Source: Schaalia odontolytica
GTDB taxonomy: Bacteria > Actinomycetota > Actinomycetes > Actinomycetales > Actinomycetaceae
DNA: 32,000 bases
Assembly (NCBI RefSeq): GCF_005696695.1
Contig: NZ_CP040006.1
Location: forward strand, 2,100,001-2,132,000
Direction of reading: 5' to 3'
Below, piece by piece: positions 27,099 to 32,000 of the stretch. The first letter of the stretch is position 1. Each line of letters starts with the position of its first letter. A program made the translations under genes and the position numbers. The notes under the pieces were generated by a model. It was not told the DNA's origin and ran no database searches. It saw only the letters and a program-made list of their open reading frames with translations.

Positions 27099-28343
27099 AT
27101 GACGACTAACGACACCCAGGACCGCAGCGGCATCGTCGGCGGGGCACTCACGGTTGCCCTGCTGATCACCCTGGCCGTGCAGAACGCCGTGCCCCCGATG
27201 GCGACCGACATGTACTCGGCGGCGTTCCCGCAGATCACGGCGGACCTTGCGACGAACTCGACGATGCTCGGGTTCACGCTCACGACCTTCTTCGTGGGCT
27301 ACGCGACCGGCCAGGTCCTGGGCGGCGCCATCTCGGACCAGATCGGGCGCCGCCGCCCCATCATCGCGGGCGGCATCATTGCCCTGGTCGGTTCCATGAT
27401 CTGCGTGTTCACGCCCAACATCTGGGTGCTTCTCTTCGGGCGAGTCTTCCAGGGCCTCGGCGGCGGCGTGGCCTCGTCGGTGGCGCGCGCGATCCTCGTC
27501 GACGTCGCGCACGGCAAGACGCTGGCGCGCGCCATGAGCCTCATCCAGGCGATCGTCGGCTTCGCGCCAATGCTCGCCCCGGTCCTCGGCGCGTTCATCA
27601 TCACGCACGCGACGTGGAGGGTCGTCTTCTGGGCGCTCGCCGCCTTCACGCTGCTCATGGCTGCCCTCGCGTGGGTCGTCGTGCCCGAGTCCCTGCCCGA
27701 GGAACGCCGCCACCCCGGCGGTATCCCCCGGTTCTTCTCCGGCCTCATTCAGGTCGTGCGCATCCGTCCCTTCGTGGGCTTCATGCTGACCAACGCCTTC
27801 TCGAGCTTCTGCATGTTCGGATACATCTCGAACGCCACCTACGTCCTGCAGGGGCCGCTGGGCCTGTCCCCCATGGCTTTCGCGTGGGTCTTCGCGTTTA
27901 ACGCGCTGCTCTCGACCGGTTTCGCGCTGGTCAACGTGCGCCTGATCTCGCACTTCACGCCGCGCACGCTCATCATCACGGGCCTCACGATCGCCGCGAC
28001 CGGCGTGGTGACACTCGCGATCTCGACGTTCGTCCTCGACCTGCCGCTGATTCTCACGTGCGTGGGCTTCGCGCTGGTCATGACGGCGAACGCGTTCATT
28101 TTCGGCAACTCGGGCGCGCAGGCCATGAGTGAGGCGCGCGAGCACGCGGGCACGGCCTCGTCCGTCATGGGCGTGTTCCAGTCGATCGCGAACGGCATCG
28201 CCGCTCCCCTGGCGACCTCGGGCGGCGACAGCGCCGTGCCGATGGTGCTCGTCATGATCGTCGGCTCGGCCGGCGCGTGGTTCGCGTTCTGGGTGATCGC
28301 CCGCGGCGGCACACACACGCCGCGCCACCTCAACCTCGACTGA
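27099..28343 (+). CDS. MFS transporter, Bcr/CflA (DHA1) drug-efflux family
   Basis: Close by-eye similarity to E. coli Bcr: ATDMYSAAFPQI, GQVLGGAISDQIGRRRP, FGRVFQGLGGG, APMLAPVLG and PESLPEERR. 12 TM pattern. The start ATG 27099 (MTTNDTQ) was chosen without Shine-Dalgarno support. Confidence 0.85.
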   Translation: MTTNDTQDRSGIVGGALTVALLITLAVQNAVPPMATDMYSAAFPQITADLATNSTMLGFTLTTFFVGYATGQVLGGAISDQIGRRRPIIAGGIIALVGSMICVFTPNIWVLLFGRVFQGLGGGVASSVARAILVDVAHGKTLARAMSLIQAIVGFAPMLAPVLGAFIITHATWRVVFWALAAFTLLMAALAWVVVPESLPEERRHPGGIPRFFSGLIQVVRIRPFVGFMLTNAFSSFCMFGYISNATYVLQGPLGLSPMAFAWVFAFNALLSTGFALVNVRLISHFTPRTLIITGLTIAATGVVTLAISTFVLDLPLILTCVGFALVMTANAFIFGNSGAQAMSEAREHAGTASSVMGVFQSIANGIAAPLATSGGDSAVPMVLVMIVGSAGAWFAFWVIARGGTHTPRHLNLD

Positions 28344-28407
28344 GGGGCTTCAACACCCCCGGACAGAACTTATAGGAACCCCTCGAAAGGCTGACGTCCC
28401 CGACTGT

Positions 28408-28590
28408 TGTTACAAACGTCGTCAATCCGCAGCATTTTCAACGCGTCTCCGACCCCGCATGTTACAAACGTCGTCAATCTGCGGGCTAAAACGCCAGAAA
28501 AAGCCGATTTCGGGCTTGGATTGACGACGTTTGTAACAAGGAGCGCTAAACCCCCTTGAAAAACGGGGTGGTTTGACGACGTTTGTAACA
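28408..28590. repeat. Mirror-symmetric array of four perfect 18-bp boxes (TGTTACAAACGTCGTCAA, two forward and two reverse)
   Basis: The forward copies are 28408-28425 and 28460-28477. The reverse copies are 28521-28538 and 28573-28590. Spacing within each pair is 52 bp, and both pairs are symmetric about position 28499. The spacers are only weakly related. Confidence 0.9.
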
Positions 28591-28713
28591 TCGCAACATG
28601 CGCGCACCCGACCGCCGGCACATCGGCAGGCGTTAGGCCGCACTGACGCGCACCTGAGGGATGGCGCGGACACACCGGCACAGAAAACCGGGAAAGTGCC
28701 CCACCGAAAACCC

Positions 28714-29574
28714 CTACTCGCGCGAGGCCAGCCAGACCGCGACCGACACCAGGACCAGGCCGATGAGTTCGAAAACGCCGGGGATCTGGCGGAGCATGAC
28801 GGCCCCGACCAGGGCGGAGGTGGCCGGCAGGATCGCGGCGAACAGCGCGAAGGTTGACGCCGCCAGGCGCCGCATCGCGAGCGCCTCGAAGGTGTAGGGA
28901 ATCGCGGTGGACAGCAGGCCCACGCCGACGACGATCGCGATCAGCTTCCACGAGGCCAGGGCCGCCATCGCTCCCGGCCCGAGGAAGGGCGCGAAAAACA
29001 GGGTGCCCCACGCGCATCCGAGCGCCAGGTTCGTCACCCCGTCGCGCGTGGTCGAGGCCTTCTGCCCGACGACGATGTAGGCCGACCAGGCGAGGGCCGC
29101 AAGGAGAATCCAGGCGACGCCGACGCGCACGCTCGGCACGCTGAGGTCGAGGGCGAGGCCGCCGATGCACGCCACCCCCGCGAACGCGAGGACGGCGGCG
29201 ATGCGCGGCCGCCAGCCGCGGCCCCTGATGACGGCGACGGCGACGGGGCCGATGAACTCGATAGACACGGCGGTACCCAGGGGAATGCGCGCGATCGACT
29301 CGTAGAACGAGGAGTTCATCGTCAGGATGATGACGCCAAACAGCGCGGAAATCGCCAGGTCGGAGCGCGTGAGACCACCGCGCCACGGGCGCTTCCAGGC
29401 CAGGAGAACGACCGCGCCGGTCAGGACGCGCCACCAGGCGACGGAGGCGGGTTCGACGGACGCGAAGGCAATAACCGCGAGCGCCGCGCCCACGTACTGG
29501 ATGAGGCCGGAGCCGACGATGTAGAGCTGGGGCGGGATGCGGTCGGTGACGGGGCGCTGCGCGGGCGCGTTCAC
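28714..29574 (-). CDS. EamA/DMT-family transporter (RhtA-like exporter)
   Basis: Pattern of 10 TM segments. The block [24 protein letters not shown] resembles RhtA/EamA. The GTG start overlaps the msrB stop codon (GTGA). Confidence 0.85.
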   Translation of the reverse strand: MNAPAQRPVTDRIPPQLYIVGSGLIQYVGAALAVIAFASVEPASVAWWRVLTGAVVLLAWKRPWRGGLTRSDLAISALFGVIILTMNSSFYESIARIPLGTAVSIEFIGPVAVAVIRGRGWRPRIAAVLAFAGVACIGGLALDLSVPSVRVGVAWILLAALAWSAYIVVGQKASTTRDGVTNLALGCAWGTLFFAPFLGPGAMAALASWKLIAIVVGVGLLSTAIPYTFEALAMRRLAASTFALFAAILPATSALVGAVMLRQIPGVFELIGLVLVSVAVWLASRE

Positions 29575-29975
29575 TGCGCGGGCGCGAAGGTGAGGGCCGC
29601 CGAGTTCATGCAGTAGCGCATGCCGGTGGGCTGATCGGGCGAGTCGGGGAACACGTGGCCGAGGTGGGAGCCGCAGGTCGCGCAGCGCACCTCGGTGCGG
29701 ATCATGCCGTGGCTGGTGTCGACGCTCTCAACGGTCGCGCCATCGTGGGCCTGGAAGAAGGAGGGCCACCCGCAGGAGGAGTCGAACTTCGCGTCGGAGT
29801 CGAAGAGCTTGGATCCGCAGGCCGCGCACGAGTAGGTGCCGACGCGCGCCTCGTCGAGGAGCTCACCGGTGAAGGGACGCTCGGTGCCGGCCTCGCGCAG
29901 CACGTGGTAGCGCATGGGGCTCAGGAGTTTCTTCCACTCGGCGTCGGTGCGGGCAGCGGGATCAGTTGCGTTCAT
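29571..29975 (-). CDS. msrB: Peptide-methionine (R)-S-oxide reductase
   Basis: [15 protein letters not shown], zinc CxxC pairs (CAAC, CATC), GWPSFF, and the catalytic RYCMNS. The start is set to ATG 29975 (MNATD...) by comparison with typical MsrB N-termini. The upstream extension in the ORF track is Arg-rich. Confidence 0.9.
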   Translation of the reverse strand: MNATDPAARTDAEWKKLLSPMRYHVLREAGTERPFTGELLDEARVGTYSCAACGSKLFDSDAKFDSSCGWPSFFQAHDGATVESVDTSHGMIRTEVRCATCGSHLGHVFPDSPDQPTGMRYCMNSAALTFAPAQ

Positions 29976-30159
29976 GACTCTATTGTCCCGCGCCGCCCGC
30001 GCCCTCGCACGCGTGCGGCGGCTCTCCTCGTGCGGATCCATGGACGAGGCGGGGGCTCAGTCCGCGGTCACCTCTCCGGACCCGCGTTTGCCGAAGAATA
30101 GCTGTGGCCGGTGGGATCGGGAGCAGTCATGCCTCTATTGTCGCGGACCGCCCGCGCCC
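29972..30159. repeat. Two direct copies of a 33-bp element (29972-30004 and 30127-30159; 29 of 33 identical), each ending at an ATG on the minus strand
   Basis: TCATGACTCTATTGTCCCGCGCCGCCCGCGCCC versus TCATGCCTCTATTGTCGCGGACCGCCCGCGCCC. The first copy contains the msrB start codon. The second contains the ATG of a 20-codon ORF. Confidence 0.7.
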
Positions 30160-30190
30160 GTGCACATATGTGCGTGGGCGCGGGCGGTCC
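30145..30190. repeat. 46-bp near-perfect palindrome GGACCGCCCGCGCCC-gtGCACATATGTGCgt-GGGCGCGGGCGGTCC
   Basis: The outer arms (15 bp) are perfect, and there is an inner 12-bp palindrome. On the plus strand it is followed by GTTTTCC. It lies 55 nt downstream of the stop codon of the disordered-protein gene. Confidence 0.6.
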
Positions 30191-30244
30191 GTTTTCCTCG
30201 CGCTGGCCTCAGTGACGAGGCCGTGGCCCGTTCACCTGTCCCCA

Positions 30245-32000
30245 TCACTCATTGGTGGCGGGCCCTGCGCTGGAGGTCTTCTTTGCCGCTGCCTTCTTGG
30301 GAGCCGCCTTCTTGGCGGCACCCTTCTTGGCGGCGGGCTTCTTCGCGGTGACCTTCTTGGCGGGAGCCTTCGCGTCCTTTGCAGGGGTCGTGTCGGCTGC
30401 CTTATCAGCAGCGGCGCCGTCCGTCACGGTTTTTGTGGCCGCGGCGGAGGACTTTTTGGCACCCTTCTTCGCGGTCGAGGCCTTCTTAGTGGCCGCCTTC
30501 TTCGCGGGAGCCTTCTTCGCGCCGGCCTTGGTGGAGGCCGCCTTCTTGGCGGGCTCCTTCTTCGCCGGGGCTTCCTCTTCCGCCGCGAGGACGTCTGTCG
30601 CGGCGGCGTCCTCAGCATTCACACCCTCAGACGCCGGCTCGGCGATGGCCGCCGCGGGCATCACGAGGGTCTCGTCCACGGGCTCGTCGACGGAGGGCAG
30701 GACCTGCGTGGCGTCGGAATCGAGCGCGCCGGCCTCTTCGGCCTCCACGGGATCCATGACGACGGTCGCGTCGGCAGCGGGTTCGTCGGCGGCGTCCTTC
30801 TGCGCAGCCTCAACCTCGGCAACCTCCACCTCGGGGGCCGAGTCCTCCGCGGGCGCACTCTCAGGCGCCACAGCCTCGTCGGTCGTGGCCTCGTCGGTCG
30901 CGGCCTTTTCGATCACCACAGACTCGGCGTTCTCGGGCTTGGGTTCCCGGGGCTCGACGGCCGGGATCTGGCCGGTGACGGCGCGCAGCATATCGGCCTC
31001 GGCGCCGGTGGGGGCGACAGCGGGGAAGAAGTCCATGATGGACACGCGCGCGGGCTTCACCGTGGGCGTGGGGCGGGTTTCCGCGTCGAGGCGCGCCTCT
31101 TCCGCGACCGCGTACCAGCCGGGGTGGACGGCGGGCTCGTCGGTCTCCTCCTCGGGCGCGCGGGATACGGCCATCTCGGCGGGGGTCGGCGCGGGCGGCG
31201 GCACGAGCGCGGGCGCGATCGCCTGGACCGTGTCGGTCATGACGGGTCGACCGGTGCGCACGGGCGGGGGCACCTGCACGGGATGTTTCACGGATGTTTC
31301 ACGCGCGGGGATCGGCGTGGTTTCCTGCTCGTCCGGGGACACTTGGACGTCCGACGAGGCCTGGGCCTCCTCCTCGCCTCCCGTTTCCTCGGGCGCGTCG
31401 GGGGCGGGTGCGCCCTCATGCTCAGCGTCCTCGACGGGGGCGCTGTCCTCCTGCGAATCGTCGGCGCGCGATTCGCTGGAATCGGCGGATGCGCCAGCGT
31501 CGGTGGCCGCGTCCTCGGGGGCCTCGCCCTGCGCGGGGGCAGCCTGCACGTCGGCGGCCTGTTCCTCAGTGGAAGCGGCATCGGCAGACTGCGCGGCGGC
31601 CTCGGGCTTCACGCCTTCGGTCTGGTCGTCAGCGGTTTCGGATCCGGCGTCAGCAGTGTCGGGCTTCTCGTCGGCGGAATCGTCTGCGACAGAGTCAGCC
31701 GCAGCGTCCTTCACGGTCGCATCGTCCGCGCGCTCAGCACCCGCAACCTCTGCAGAATCGGCGGCCACACCCGCAGAATCGGGGGCCACACCCTGAGCAG
31801 CCTCGGGCTCCTCGTTTTCGGGCGCCTCGTTGTCGGCAACGACCGGCTCGACGCCGACGGCCGCCAGGGCGAGGGTGGCCTCGGGGTCGAGGGCCTCGGC
31901 TTCGCGGCGCTTGTGGGCCTCGCGGCGTTCCTGCGCGCGACGGGCCTCGGCCTCGCGCTCGGCGTAGACCTCTTCACCCGGGCCCTCGAGGGCGGCGGCG
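30245..32000 (-). CDS. Large intrinsically disordered protein (partial; the N-terminus lies outside the window): acidic Ala/Glu/Asp/Pro-rich body with a basic histone-H1-like (A/P)KKA-repeat C-terminal tail
   Basis: The minus-strand frame has no stop codon from 32000 down to TGA at 30245-30247. I translated the part upstream of the track's GTG at 31789 by hand as ...EVYAEREAEARRAQERREAHKRREAEALDPEATLALAAVGVEPVVADNEAPENEEPEAAQG. The tail reads AKKEPAKKAASTKAGAKKAPAKKAATKKASTAKKGAKK...KKVTAKKPAAKKGAAKKAAPKKAAAKK. The opposite-strand frame is also open, so the strand choice rests on protein plausibility. Confidence 0.6.
   Translation of the reverse strand, partial: AAALEGPGEEVYAEREAEARRAQERREAHKRREAEALDPEATLALAAVGVEPVVADNEAPENEEPEAAQGVAPDSAGVAADSAEVAGAERADDATVKDAAADSVADDSADEKPDTADAGSETADDQTEGVKPEAAAQSADAASTEEQAADVQAAPAQGEAPEDAATDAGASADSSESRADDSQEDSAPVEDAEHEGAPAPDAPEETGGEEEAQASSDVQVSPDEQETTPIPARETSVKHPVQVPPPVRTGRPVMTDTVQAIAPALVPPPAPTPAEMAVSRAPEEETDEPAVHPGWYAVAEEARLDAETRPTPTVKPARVSIMDFFPAVAPTGAEADMLRAVTGQIPAVEPREPKPENAESVVIEKAATDEATTDEAVAPESAPAEDSAPEVEVAEVEAAQKDAADEPAADATVVMDPVEAEEAGALDSDATQVLPSVDEPVDETLVMPAAAIAEPASEGVNAEDAAATDVLAAEEEAPAKKEPAKKAASTKAGAKKAPAKKAATKKASTAKKGAKKSSAAATKTVTDGAAADKAADTTPAKDAKAPAKKVTAKKPAAKKGAAKKAAPKKAAAKKTSSAGPATNE

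Noticed and set aside
28408-28590. The 18-bp boxes as parS, dif or DnaA-box sites
   Set aside because: The box is not palindromic, unlike parS (TGTTNCACGTGAAACA type). It lacks the ATAA...TTAT arms of Xer dif sites and does not resemble TTGTCCACA-type DnaA boxes.
24776-28713. Genomic island integrated at the tRNA-Lys 3' end (ARH-PfkB, MFS, repeat array)
   Set aside because: I found no integrase or recombinase gene and no downstream direct repeat of the tRNA 3' end. The coding composition looks native.
30252-31796. 514-aa plus-strand ORF opposite the disordered-protein gene
   Set aside because: It translates to a monotonous A/S/F/G string with no charge pattern. The minus-strand frame gives a coherent acidic-body, AKKA-tail protein and stays open to the window edge. 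The strand assignment is still not proven.

Overview
This is a high-GC actinobacterial chromosome segment. One hand-counted purL line is about 70% GC. Gene content and motifs suggest an Actinomycetaceae-like organism, but that is inference only. Most of the window is core metabolism on tightly packed operons. These include purD-purC-purS-purQ-purL (minus strand), GTP-dependent PEP carboxykinase, a DUF47/PhoU-like gene with a PiT phosphate transporter and a septum-formation-type lipoprotein, msrB overlapping an EamA exporter, tRNA-Lys(UUU), and a Bcr/CflA-type MFS pump. Several parts are less understood. (1) A six-gene, translationally coupled MoxR-DUF58-TM-vWA-vWA-TPR operon resembles the Bat operon. 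(2) One polypeptide fuses an ADP-ribosylglycohydrolase domain to a PfkB kinase domain. (3) A phosphatidylcholine-synthase-like CDP-alcohol phosphatidyltransferase is present. (4) A MutT1-like Nudix protein has a histidine-phosphatase-like domain that has lost the RHG motif. (5) A disordered acidic protein of more than 580 aa carries a histone-H1-like AKKA tail and runs off the window. I found no transposase, integrase, CRISPR array or recognisable defence gene, and I cannot claim a new system with confidence. The least explained signals are non-coding. One is a mirror-symmetric array of four perfect 18-bp boxes between two convergent transporter genes (28408-28590). Another is a roughly 1.2 kb ORF-poor, lower-GC, palindrome-dense spacer (4913-6092). 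This spacer and the pcs-like gene are bracketed by inverted copies of a roughly 100-bp GC-rich REP-like repeat. All family assignments rest on motifs read by eye and recalled family knowledge. No searches were run.
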